Of a DNA stretch of 64,000 nt, positions 1-11,222 are shown piece after piece. Both the position numbers and the translations under genes were made by a program. Under the pieces are notes generated by a model. It was not told where the DNA came from, did not search any database, and worked only from the letters and a program-made list of their open reading frames with translations. The DNA comes from Amoebidium appalachense (Eukaryota; Protista; Ichthyosporea): the NCBI GenBank assembly GCA_963693365.1, contig CAVNZM010000005.1, positions 10,251,228 to 10,315,227 of the forward strand, given 5' to 3'. Every line of letters starts with the position of its first letter. Position 1 is the stretch's first letter.

Positions 1-31
<31 letters not shown>

Positions 32-87
32 CACAGGCACACACACATACACACACACAGACACACACACTGACACACAACACACAC

Positions 88-294
88 CTGCGTTAGGTGC
101 TCCAGCTCTTCCTCCGGCAGCTCGTACTTCTTGCTCCACTCCTGCTGTATGTGGTAAGCCTTGGTTAGGTGCTCGAGTTCTTCCGTCTCCGGTGTCACGT
201 TGTCCATCTCAGTGAACTTTTTCTCGAGAAGAACGGCCTTCCGAAGGTGATCCAACTCGACCAGAGACTTCTTCTCAAAATCCTTGTCGGCCAT
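88..294 (-). CDS. First coding exon (69 codons) of an uncharacterised repeat protein; gene continues off the left edge
   Basis: ATG at 294-292 opens MADKDFEKKSLVELDHLRKAVLLEKKFTEMDNVTPETEELEHLTKAYHIQQEWSKKYELPEEELEHLTQ. It ends at CAG|GTGTGT (phase-0 donor into a (TG)n intron). EL[DE]HL recurs three times. Not in the supplied ORF track. Confidence 0.75.
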
Positions 295-1184
295 TTTCTC
301 TTGCTGCGTTGGAAGCTTTGCCGGTAGGATTAAACCTTTTTTGTATGCGTTTGGCCTTCCTGTAGAACCTGTTTTCACACGTTGGGTAAAAGCTGTTCAG
401 ATAACACCTCGTTTTCGCGATTGGAAAGGTTTGAAGTGTCTGGAAAAAGCAAGCGTTCTGTTTATGTACCCACGCACAAATCCCTGGGGCGGCTATGAGC
501 CTACGTGATCTGTTACCAATCGCATAATATTTTCTGGAAAAATCACTGAACGCGTGTTAAGTGGAATCCGTCGGACCGTCAGGAACCCGGCATCAACCAA
601 CTTAATTAAGTCTAAATATTGAAAGTTGAAAAAAACGAAGCAATTTGTAGTAAAATTTATAACAATAGTACCCAAAACTGCACAGGAGAGTTGCAAAATA
701 ACGCCTAGCGCCTGTCCTTTCTAGTCGTGCTGAGGTGGCTGATACATGCTGGAGTCCGACAAAGGTTTCGAAAGCCAATCAAAGCTACGGCATATTACGC
801 ATAATTCACCGCGGCTCAGTTTATGCTATGTAGTCCGCCTGGTATGACCCAAATATAGTAATTCTGTCTCGTCACATTTTATCGTCAATCATTCTTTTTT
901 CCTATTGGCTGGCTTGACCGCAATCCCGGGTGCCGGGAGACAAGCAAAAAGGCGTTTGTTTACATAGCACGTGTTTTATAACAAAAAGGCCCAAACACTT
1001 CCTTTCTCTTCGTTTCTTGTTAGTCCCTGTGCACGGCACCAAAGAATCCAAAAGGGAAAATGCGGCCTCGAAGTTCTCGTTGTGCCAGTCCCTCTATCGA
1101 TGTTTATGGTCTGCACAAGGGGCACACACACACGCACCCCTGGTGCAACATCCGGATCCTTCTGAACACCTTCTCCGATGAACA

Positions 1185-1532
1185 ACCACGCACACACACG
1201 CACGCACGCACACACACGCACACACACACTGGTACACAAACACACACAAAACACACATTCACACACACGCACAAACATACATAACCGCACACACCCACAC
1301 ACATGCACGTGCGCACGCATAGACGCACGCACGCCGTTGGCAAGCACACACCCACACATGTAACATGTACACACCCACACACCCACGCACACACACGCAC
1401 ACGCACACACACGGACCCACGCACGAACGCACACACACACGCACACATACACACATCCATAAACACACACACACAGTCACAGACCCACACACACACACGA
1501 ATACGCACACGCACGAGCACACACACATATAC

Positions 1533-1576
<44 letters not shown>

Positions 1577-1578
1577 CA

Positions 1579-1658
<80 letters not shown>
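1185..1658. repeat. Compound (CA)n microsatellite, representative of many such tracts across the window
   Basis: Direct reading; source of the HT/CV pseudo-ORFs. Confidence 0.95.
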
Positions 1659-1662
<4 letters not shown>

Positions 1663-1819
1663 GCAGACACAGCTGTTGGCCCCCCTCCAAGTCTCCCGAC
1701 TGTGCCTTCTCCAGATCCCTTCCCCGTCCGGACCTCAGCCGCTAACCTCCCAAAAGAAACCCCGTGCCCCGTCACATTTAAGCCAGCTAGTAAGCTTTTA
1801 AAGTCTCGATCTTTGTAGC

Positions 1820-2100
1820 TCCCGGCACCCTAGAGAAAGGCACAATTCTTGATTAAGTATTAGTGACCGTAGTAGTGCCGTCAAGCACTTTACCGTCGCA
1901 GGACCACCCCCAGGGAGTCAGTAAAGTCTCCTGCCGGCGTGGCTGGGGTAATAACCCTGGGCAAAGTGTGTACTTATAGTTAGGTTTGTGAAGGATGGGT
2001 TATCTTAGCTGAGCTCATAAATAGCACCCTAACTAGTGTACTGTCGGTGTTGTGTGGTAGACGGTAGTTTCCCTAGAGGGCCTGTAATGGCCCTCCGGGA
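1820..2100 (+). other. ~280-nt multi-stem fold-back region (candidate structured RNA)
   Basis: Nested complementary pairs: TCCCGG 1820-1825 / CCGGGA 2095-2100; ACCGT 1866-1870 / ACGGT 2061-2065; GCACTTT 1885-1891 / AAAGTGT 1963-1969; TAGTTAGG 1977-1984 / CCTAACTA 2028-2035; GAGGGCC 2076-2082 / GGCCCTC 2089-2095. Confidence 0.4.
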
Positions 2101-3668
2101 ACAAAACGTGATAAAATAAAAAAACAAGGGAGTTAGTAAAGTTGCTACAAGTGACTAGCCTTCTGGCAGCACAACCCACCACCCATTGCAAGGCTGGAAT
2201 AGCAAATGTTTGCATGCCTTGGGAATTCACCCTACCTCCATCCCTATAGCCTATAACAATACCCAGACCAGCACCTTGGCGGATACCGGCCTGGGACTTG
2301 CGTGATGCTAATATTAGCCGACATTTCTGAATGTTTTTTTAAGTCAAACCTTTTGCTTTATGTGAAGTTTAGATGTAGGAGGGGCATTCGAATGGCTCTA
2401 CCAGTGACTGTCAACCGAGCAAAGTCGATACACAAAAAAAGACCTGATGATTTAGAGCAGAAAGAAGTTATTCGTAATTATGAATCATTATCCACCGTGA
2501 CCCTACCCAAAAGTCACACCATCCAGCCACCCGCACAACTCTGCATGTCCCAACTGCAAGGAAAAAACACAGTTCAATTTGCAGGTCACAGTAAATGCAT
2601 GCACGTACCGCCATAAGAACTGCATTATAAATTTACATCGCCCAACCCTTTCGAACGGGCTCAACCTGTAAAGTTCATACGTCTTAGAGGCAGCAGCCCC
2701 CCTAAAAATTTAAAAAGTACTCAGTGGCTTCTGAAACCTATCTTGGGTCTTTGATTCATCAGGTCCCCCACCCCCACCCCCACCCCCCTTCCCATTCCCC
2801 TTTCCCTCCCCTTCTCCCCCCTCCCCCCTCTCCCCCCGGCCCTCCCCTCGACCCCCCCCCCCCCCCCCCCCCCCCGGGGGACCCATCCCTTTTTCAACCC
2901 CGGGACTCGCGGCGATCTTCAGCCTTGTGTGTCTTCCGAATCGACAGGGACACAGCCACCCTTTCCTATCCTCTCCCATTCAGCTTCCTGTCCCTCCGTC
3001 TCCTCCCCCCCCCCCCTCCCCCCCCCCCCCCCCAAAAAAAAAACACACACACATACACACCCACACTCGCATCCACCCTCTCCCCCCAAGCATGACCATC
3101 ACCGCCAGTATTGCCTCAAACTCGGCCTCTAATCCCTCCTGCAAAGAAATAGAGAAAAACAAAAAAGAAAAGAAAAAAAAATCCATAAGGCCCCGAGACC
3201 TCACACCCAAACACAACACTTGTGTGAAAAAAAAAAGTCTAGTTATTAATTCTCGGCCTCTTGTGGTTGTCAGATGTAAATTGGCAATCAAAATCTTCCA
3301 GGAAACTTTAAAATGTGGAGGCAGGAAAGTATATCAACAGGGAAGTACTGGAGGGGTGGAAGGTGGCCACGGAGAGACATGACGGAGAGACATGGGGGAA
3401 GGGGGTGGGGTGGGGGGGGGGGGGGGGGGGAGGGGAAGGAGGAGGGACGGGGGAGAGGGGCGATATTGCCTCCAGCCTGCTGAGTATGGTGGTGCCGTGA
3501 CCAAGCTTGCTCTTGTTATGTTATATCATTTCCCCGGGCCACTCACTCACTCCCCTCTAAACCCCCCCTACATAATCCCCCCTCCCTCCCAAGTCACTAT
3601 TAAATTTAAGGTCACTCCACCGCTCCCGCCCCACGCCCCCTCCCTGGGACGAACTTCTTTCTGTCACT

Positions 3669-3737
<69 letters not shown>

Positions 3738-3835
3738 GGTGCGTGCACGCACGTGTTTATGTATGCCCGTGATTGTGTGTGTGTTTGTGTGCGTGCGCGC
3801 GCCGCCACTGCACGCGCAGGTGCCCTTGTGTGCGT

Positions 3836-4388
3836 CAAAAAACACCATGCACGCTGGACACCCGGCTGACACAAACGCGCTCATTAAGCCTTTAATATGC
3901 TCAAGGTTCGCGTCACTGCGCGCGCACACACAGGTTTCTCGACCTCTCTTATTCATTCCCACAAGTCTTTCCGTCTAGCTTCCCTCAGCTCCCTTACCTC
4001 TCCCTCCCTTTCTTTCCCATCTCGCCCTCACTTTCGTTCTCTTTTTCACTCCCCCCTCTACCTCCCCCCCTCCCCCCCTCTACACCCCCCCCCCCCCCCC
4101 CCCCCGCCCCTCGCCCCCGTCCCGCTTTGGCGCTGTGTGGTGTTGTTGCCGATACATATATGCACATTTGTGTGCCAGAGCAGGAAGGGTGGGTGGGTGG
4201 GTGGGGGGGGGGGGGGGGGGGGGGGAGAATAAACGGAGGGAGATGTAGGGGGGAGCTAGACGGTAAGTGAGTAGGAATAAGAGCGAGCGAGAAAGCATAT
4301 GTGTGTGCGCGCACGCACACCCTGAGCATATCATTGGCTTAGTGAGCGTGTTGGCGTGAAGCGGACGTGTGTGCAGTGTGGTTTTTTG
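3836..4388. repeat. Diverged inverted repeat pair (3836-3980 versus 4254-4388)
   Basis: Both arms share CAAAAAAC...CGCTCAYTAAGCC...ATATGCTCA...GCGCGCACACACA...CTCTTATTC...CCGTCTAGCT in opposite orientation. Confidence 0.75.
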
Positions 4389-4631
4389 TATCCCCGTAAG
4401 AGACCTCATTAAGAAAGAGAGAGGAAGGCCTACGTGCCGGCGGGCTTGTAAATACGGGAGGATGGGATGGGGCAGCGAGGGATAGTGCTGGCGTCGGTTG
4501 TGTTTGGCGATGCACTAGCGCTAGGACTATTTTTACGTGTGTTCTTGTATGATGGCGCATGTGTGCAATGCGGATGGATGGGTTCCTGCCATGATAGGGC
4601 CCAACCACATCGGCTGAGTCAACTTGCTCCG

Positions 4632-4910
4632 AGCAGAATTCTTCTGCAAAAAGCAGAATTATTCTGCAAAATGCAGAATTACTCTGCTAAAAGCAGAACT
4701 ATTCAGCAAACGCAGAAATATTCTGCTTAAGCGCTTAGAGCAGAATTATTCTGCAAACAGCAGAATTCATCTGCTAAAAGCAGAATAGTTCTGTCAAAAG
4801 CAGCATCACTCTGCTGTCGAAAGCAGAATATTCTGCTTTTTGCGAAGTAGTTCTACTAAAAGCAGAATCATTCTGCTAAGAGCAGAGTGATTCTTTTCAA
4901 AGCAGAATAA
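4632..4910. repeat. Tandem array of about 14 palindromic ~20-bp units, consensus AAAAGCAGAATTATTCTGC
   Basis: GCAGAA-like starts at 4633, 4653, 4673, 4693, 4712, 4740, 4760, 4780, 4800, 4823, 4842, 4862, 4882, 4902. Confidence 0.9.
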
Positions 4911-5530
4911 CTCACATGATCTGAGAGTAGATGCACCAAATCTATATAGCTATATATATGCCGGTCCAGATGATTGGACAATTGTCAGTGGTGCAAATGC
5001 CGTATATATATATATAAAGCATGTGCCTGGGACATGTCACAGTCGTTGGGGGCAAATGGATGTTGAGAGTGTACTATGTAGTGAGTTCGAGGCTGACTAC
5101 CCGTAGGGTCAGGCCGGACACACACCAGATCTGCGCGACTATGATTGGTGAATATCCCACCAGATCGATATTCTGATTGGTGGAGCCGCTCATATAAAAG
5201 CAGCCTCCGAGAACTCTCGAGAGGTCAGATTGACACATGCATTCTCGTGTGAACTCGAGCGCAAGAGAGGTACCACATTCACAGTCAGTTTTTTTACGGT
5301 TTATTTGCATGATCAAGAGCCAGCTGCCCTATGTTTACATGGCTAAGATACAAATTTAGTTGCCGGAGAGAATGCATAATCTGAAATATAGTGTGGGGTT
5401 TTTATTGCCACAGCTGTTGACGCAGTCAGGTACAGCATGTAGGCAAAAAATATGTAACTTGAATAGCAATATGTACTGTCACCTTGCACGTACACATATT
5501 AAGTAAATTGCCGAAAGAAAAAAGCGGCAT

Positions 5531-5962
5531 TTACTGGCAGGTACCAGACTCATCAGGGAAGTTGCCCGGGACGAAGGTACTCTTGCAAGCCACACAGCAG
5601 CTAGCATCGCTCTGGCTTGGAACGCGGCCCCAGTCGCAGACCTGCACCCCCTCACCGTTGTCCCACGTGGGCAGGCACTCAAGAGGGGTAGGGGCAGGGG
5701 GGGTCTCGTGCTCAATCTCCTGTGCTGTCTGCACGCACGTTCCGCTCACGTTGGGGAACCCCATGGGCTCCTGGTACTGAAGCTTGAGGTCGGTGCAAGA
5801 CTCACACGTGTTGTCGGCCTTTTGCTGGAAACCCCAAGCGCACACACAGCTACCCTCGCCGTTGTCAAAGGAATTGGGCGCACAGGGGGTGTAGTCGCGG
5901 CGCTGGGGGGCAGCAGCCACGGCGGTGGCGAGCAGAGCAACGGCGGCGGCGAACTTAAGCAT
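5531..5962 (-). CDS. Small secreted cysteine-rich protein (143 aa) with two internal repeats
   Basis: Signal peptide MLKFAAAVALLATAVAA. Two repeats C..DNGEG..VC.WG...C..C...G.FP..SGTC with 6 Cys each. Single exon with GC3-biased codons; TATATA at 6055-6060 upstream. Confidence 0.9.
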   Translation of the reverse strand: MLKFAAAVALLATAVAAAPQRRDYTPCAPNSFDNGEGSCVCAWGFQQKADNTCESCTDLKLQYQEPMGFPNVSGTCVQTAQEIEHETPPAPTPLECLPTWDNGEGVQVCDWGRVPSQSDASCCVACKSTFVPGNFPDESGTCQ

Positions 5963-7192
5963 TTTCTGATGTTGGTGAGGAGGGGGAGGAGGTTGAATGT
6001 GTGGCAGGTGCGTTGTGTGATGCTTTCTGGATGAAAATGTAGGGTCGAGTGCGCTATATATTTGAGGTGGTGTGAGCTCCGGACTCTATAACGACTCCCG
6101 AGATCCTGTGTCCCGCGTGATCGATATCCAGAGCTACGGATAGAACGAGATTTTTCTTCCCCAGCCCTTTTCTGAGAGTGTGCAAAGGTGGGGATATTTT
6201 GAGTCACGATGTAGTTCCGAATCTAATCATACTCACAGTGCGGACAAAAGGGAAGCTCGTCGATTTACGTAAGATAATTAAATTACCATGACAGGCACAG
6301 TACAGTAAGAGGCTCTGTTCTCGCAAAATGTATGTAAATATAGAAATTTAAAAAAATGCTATGCATCCCCAGCCGCGAGCCGTGCAAGTGCCACGCGCGG
6401 CAACTGCTGGAGGACGCGGGTCATCACATGTGCTGGAGCGATGGCATCAACCGTTGACTCTAAGGACTATGCTCATCGTAACGGAAAAAGCATGCTTCCC
6501 CACTCTTTTTTCTTATTTTTTATATCTATCTATGAATCGTGCCTTGCGCCATAATAACATAATTGTGCGCCTACGTAGGGTACACTTGGAATACAGCGCT
6601 GGCGGAGCATATTGCAGGTTGCAACGACAACGGTCACCCGACCGTCACCCGTAATTAGATCTAGAGCAGATCTGGGCATAAAAAGAAGCCAATGAACGAG
6701 GAACGATCATGGAGATGTGCAAAAGGTCTGGGAAGAATTTTTAGGATTTGTAAGGGTAACAATGGTTATACACTAGACACTAGTGTCGAGAATTAATCTA
6801 AACAACATATACAAATATTTATTTATTTAGAAATTTCCGTCCAGATATACTATTTTGGAAGCCTTTAACAATACATATACAAATTCAAAATTTACACTTT
6901 TTAGAATCTCTAGATCTCAAAAATCCATTGGTGAAATGGCCGCCTGTCTGAACCAACCAAAAGCGCGACGGATCTGGAGCCAAAGCCCTTCACCACATCC
7001 CCCCCCCCCCCCCCCCCCCCCCCCGCCCCACCCCTTCCTTTGCGCTGGGCGGATGTTTGAATTTCATCCCCCCCCCCCCCCCCCCCCCCCCCACACACAC
7101 ACATACACACACATACGCGCTCTTTCACTCCGCCTTCCCGGCCGGGGCCCCCGGCCCCCTGCCTCCCGGGCGCCCCTTCGCTCTCTCGCCCC

Positions 7193-7293
<101 letters not shown>

Positions 7294-7467
7294 ATAGATC
7301 TCTCTCTCTCTCCTCTCTCTAGCTCTCTCTCTCTCTATTAAGCTTTCTCTCTCTCTCTACCTCCCTCCCTCCCTCCCTCACACACGCACACACACACACA
7401 CACACTCTCTCTCTCTCTCGCCGGATCCTGTGGTCATGACATCTCCCCCCCCACCCCCTCTTTTTCC

Positions 7468-7574
<107 letters not shown>

Positions 7575-7575
7575 C

Positions 7576-7715
<140 letters not shown>

Positions 7716-7912
7716 CTCTCTCTCAATCTCTCTCCCCGTCTCTCTCTTCTTCCCGCCCCCGCCCCCCACCTTTAACTGCATGCCCAAGGAACACCATCAA
7801 CACGCACACGCACACACAAGCACACACATACACACACACAAGCACCCACACATGTACACGCACGCACACACACGCACACACACACACACCCGTACACACA
7901 CACACACGCACA

Positions 7913-7973
<61 letters not shown>

Positions 7974-8039
7974 CGTGAACACACACACACACACATGATC
8001 AACACACACACACGTGCATACTCAAGTGACTGCACAGTT

Positions 8040-8964
8040 TGTTAAATGTTATAAGTATTTAGGATGTAAGCAGAGACACAGTGGTGCAGTGTGAAAACAC
8101 CACAGACACACACAACAACAAAACACGGAACGATCGGAGCAGTGTACACAACAGACATCAATGTTTAGACACGACTGAACTGAATTTATTCTGATCTTCG
8201 AATAAATACCTGAAATTCCTCTAAGTCCAATCCATACATGATTTCCGACCAGTCGGAAATCAGATCCATCTCTAATAGAAACCAATCACTAAGAACCAAT
8301 TGCTTTCAGAGAGATCCGGTACGCGGAGGCGTACACGATAGGACACAGACACTAGTTAGGATCAACTCGTGTCATCATCAAGGAAGTTCTAACCTATGAC
8401 ATACTGCAAAGACTCAGACATATCACACTTAACCTTGATGATTGGTTAAAGCCCGGCAACACATGAAAACTAAAGTGAATTAATGAAGTCTAAACACACA
8501 TGCTATTCTAAGTGTAGCCTAAGTGTGTTACCGTCCAATGAACACGTATTAAGTAACACAAATCTACCTAACATATATTAGTAGAAAAGAAATACGATTA
8601 TACACATGAAGACAAGGAGAGAAAGAAAAGAAAATAAGGAAGGAGAAAGAGGAAGGAAAAGAGAGCACAGATCAACAAACAAGATAGTAATAGCATAACT
8701 ATAACCAGAGATATTTATGTACACACGAACATGTACACGTCTCTCCCTGAGTGGGTGGATCCGTGTACACACATATAAATATTCTAATCGATATTACAAT
8801 ACACGATTAAAGCCGATACAACACGATTACAAGTATACAAGCATATCGGAGATCGATGCTACACTTTACATAATAGGAGTGTGGCATTTACACTAAGCAT
8901 ATGAACTGAAACATAACACAAACTGAGAAGATCTTACCATATGTAAATACTACGTATTACAACA
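8040..8964 (-). repeat. 3' LTR of the copia element
   Basis: Direct repeat of 13854-14778 (offset 5814). One mismatch seen by eye (8919 C versus 14733 T). Confidence 0.97.
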
Positions 8965-8976
8965 TCCCCACTTAAG
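8965..8976 (-). other. Polypurine tract of the copia element
   Basis: Minus strand CTTAAGTGGGGA directly precedes the 3' LTR start TGTTG. Confidence 0.85.
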
Positions 8977-9383
8977 ACTTTGAAGTTTGTGTTATCATAT
9001 CCCCACTGAACTAGTGAAATCTCCCCACTTGAGAACAGAAACGGAAAAAAAAAATTAAAGTGTGTACTTTTCCCGGGGGGGGGGGGGGGGGGAGAAGGGG
9101 GGGGGGGGGGGGGGGGAAGGGGGGGAGGGGGGGGGGGGGGGGGGGGGGGGGGGAGGGGGGGGGGAAGGAACCGGGGCAAAAACAACGAATATATATAACG
9201 TGTATAGGCAGTGTTTGATTAACTGGGTTTTAAACCAGTGAAAGATAGAGTAGAGTGATGGTACAGGTCAAACCTTATATATAAACCCTAAGTGGGCATA
9301 CCCACAAAGGCAATACATATGATATAATGATGTTGATAAAGTAAGTAGTACACATGAGAAAATCACTCTTGAAGTAGGTCGGG

Positions 9384-11222
9384 TCAATCCACAATATCCG
9401 GTAAACAAAGTCGAGCACGATGGTGGACATGACTCGGGCCGGGGAGGGGTTTGGTGAGTATGTCAGCTAAGTTGTGGGCTGACTCAACGTAGTGGACAAC
9501 CACGTCCCCACTGGCAATGTAGTCCTTGGTGTTGTGATACCGGACGGCAATGTGTTTGGTACGGTGCTTGATGCCGGTGGAGTTGACGATGGCAATGGTC
9601 GACTGGTTGTCACAGTACACCGGAGTCGGAGCAAGCATGGGACAGCCGAGTTCCTTGAAGAGGTCACGGACCCAAGCAACTTCTTGGGTGCCAGCATTGA
9701 GAGCAATCAGCTCAGCTTCAGTGGTGCTGGTGGCCGTGATGGGCTGGAGCTTGGAGTACCAGATGACGGGCATACCAGCAAACACGATAATGTAGCCGGT
9801 GGTAGACTTCTTGCTGTCGGCACAACCAGCAAAGTCAGCATCCGTGTAGCATTCGAGTATGGGGGACTGGGTGGCCGAGTACTTGTAGTCAATGCCAAGG
9901 TCAATGGTGCCGAGCAGGTACCTGGCCACACGACGGAGAAGGTCCCAGTGAGTCTTGCCGGGGTTGGTGCTGAACCGACCAAGGAAGCCGATGGCATAGG
10001 CAATGTCGGGACGTGTGCACCGTGCCACCCAGAGGAGACGGCCGAGTAACTCACGGTAGGGCACGGTGAACGGTTGGGGGGGGCAATCAGCCAGGGAGAC
10101 GGTGGTGCCTGCAGGGATGGGGGTAGACTTGGACTTGGCATCGGTGAGGTTGAAGTCGTGGATGATATCCATGATGTAAGACCTCTGGTGCATGTGGAGG
10201 TGATGGGGATCAGAGTGATTAAAATCAACACCGAGCATACGGTCAAATGGACTCATACGACAGCTGGCCATCTTGCTGATGTGGGCAGCCAGGTCACTGG
10301 CAGCAGTAGAACCCCGGGTGTTGGTGATGGTGGAGTCATCGACGTAGTTACCAGCCCGTACCACATCGTTGTTGGGGAAGAACCGGAGGTAGATGCACGG
10401 GTCGGTCTTAGTACGGGTCAGGCCATGGGCAAGAAGAATGCCGTCGAGGAAGTCGTACCAAGCCTTGGAGGCTTGCTTGAGGCCGTACAGGGCTTTCTTG
10501 AGTCTCCAGACCTTGCCAAGTGTGGCCATGGTGATGAATCCCGGGGGTTGTTTCATGTAGATGGTCTCGGTGAGTGGGCTGTTGAGAAAGGCCGTAGACA
10601 CGTCGAGTTGATGTATGTCATGACCTTCAACAACGGCCAGAGCTAGGATGGCACGGAGAGCAGCCGGACGGATGACAGGGCTCTCAATCAACTCATAGTC
10701 AACACCGTATTGCTGACTGAAGCCTTGAGCAACACCACGTGCCTTGATCTTGGTGTCACCAGCCGAGTTGAGAGTTTTCTCGGAGACAATCCACTTGAAG
10801 CCGACGATGTTAGCACCAGGGGGAGGGTCAACAAGTTCAAAGATGTCTTTGTCGACGAAGGCTTGATACTCAGCAGTCAGGGCTGACTTGACCTGATCAC
10901 CATTGGGTCCGGAACAGAGTTGACGGACAAGTTTGGGTAGTTGGTCGATGTTGATGGGGGGACCGGGGGGGACTGGCAGGGTGGTGGTGGCTTGAAGTCC
11001 AACCTTGCCCTGGAGACGGGCAGAACGACGGGGTGCAGGAACCGGGGTAGGTGGAGACGGTGGGGGGGGAACTTGGAAGTTCGGAAGTGCAGGGGGGGCA
11101 ACCTCCGGGCTGGACGGGGCCGAGTGGAAGTTGTCGGGGGAGCCGGGTCGGATGGGTGTGACGTTGCCAGGGCCAGGATGAGGGTCGGCAGGCTGGACGG
11201 GCACGGGGGCAGGGGGGCCGGT
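9384..11222 (-). CDS. pol: Copia pol C-terminal part: reverse transcriptase and RNase H
   Basis: RT motifs KARGVAQGFSQ, HQLDVSTAFLN, LYGLKQA, YVDD. RNase H motifs YTDADFAG, STTEAE, CDNQSTI, NLADILTKPL. Joined to the upstream ORF by a frameshift at the G10 run 11223-11232. Confidence 0.95.
   Translation of the reverse strand, partial: TGPPAPVPVQPADPHPGPGNVTPIRPGSPDNFHSAPSSPEVAPPALPNFQVPPPPSPPTPVPAPRRSARLQGKVGLQATTTLPVPPGPPINIDQLPKLVRQLCSGPNGDQVKSALTAEYQAFVDKDIFELVDPPPGANIVGFKWIVSEKTLNSAGDTKIKARGVAQGFSQQYGVDYELIESPVIRPAALRAILALAVVEGHDIHQLDVSTAFLNSPLTETIYMKQPPGFITMATLGKVWRLKKALYGLKQASKAWYDFLDGILLAHGLTRTKTDPCIYLRFFPNNDVVRAGNYVDDSTITNTRGSTAASDLAAHISKMASCRMSPFDRMLGVDFNHSDPHHLHMHQRSYIMDIIHDFNLTDAKSKSTPIPAGTTVSLADCPPQPFTVPYRELLGRLLWVARCTRPDIAYAIGFLGRFSTNPGKTHWDLLRRVARYLLGTIDLGIDYKYSATQSPILECYTDADFAGCADSKKSTTGYIIVFAGMPVIWYSKLQPITATSTTEAELIALNAGTQEVAWVRDLFKELGCPMLAPTPVYCDNQSTIAIVNSTGIKHRTKHIAVRYHNTKDYIASGDVVVHYVESAHNLADILTKPLPGPSHVHHRARLCLPDIVD

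Noticed and set aside
2026-2033. ACCCTAAC as a telomerase RNA template
   Set aside because: Only 8 nt, and it is paired in the stem with TAGTTAGG 1977-1984.
4632-4910. CRISPR-like appearance of the palindromic array
   Set aside because: No unique spacers, degenerate units, no cas genes, eukaryotic context.
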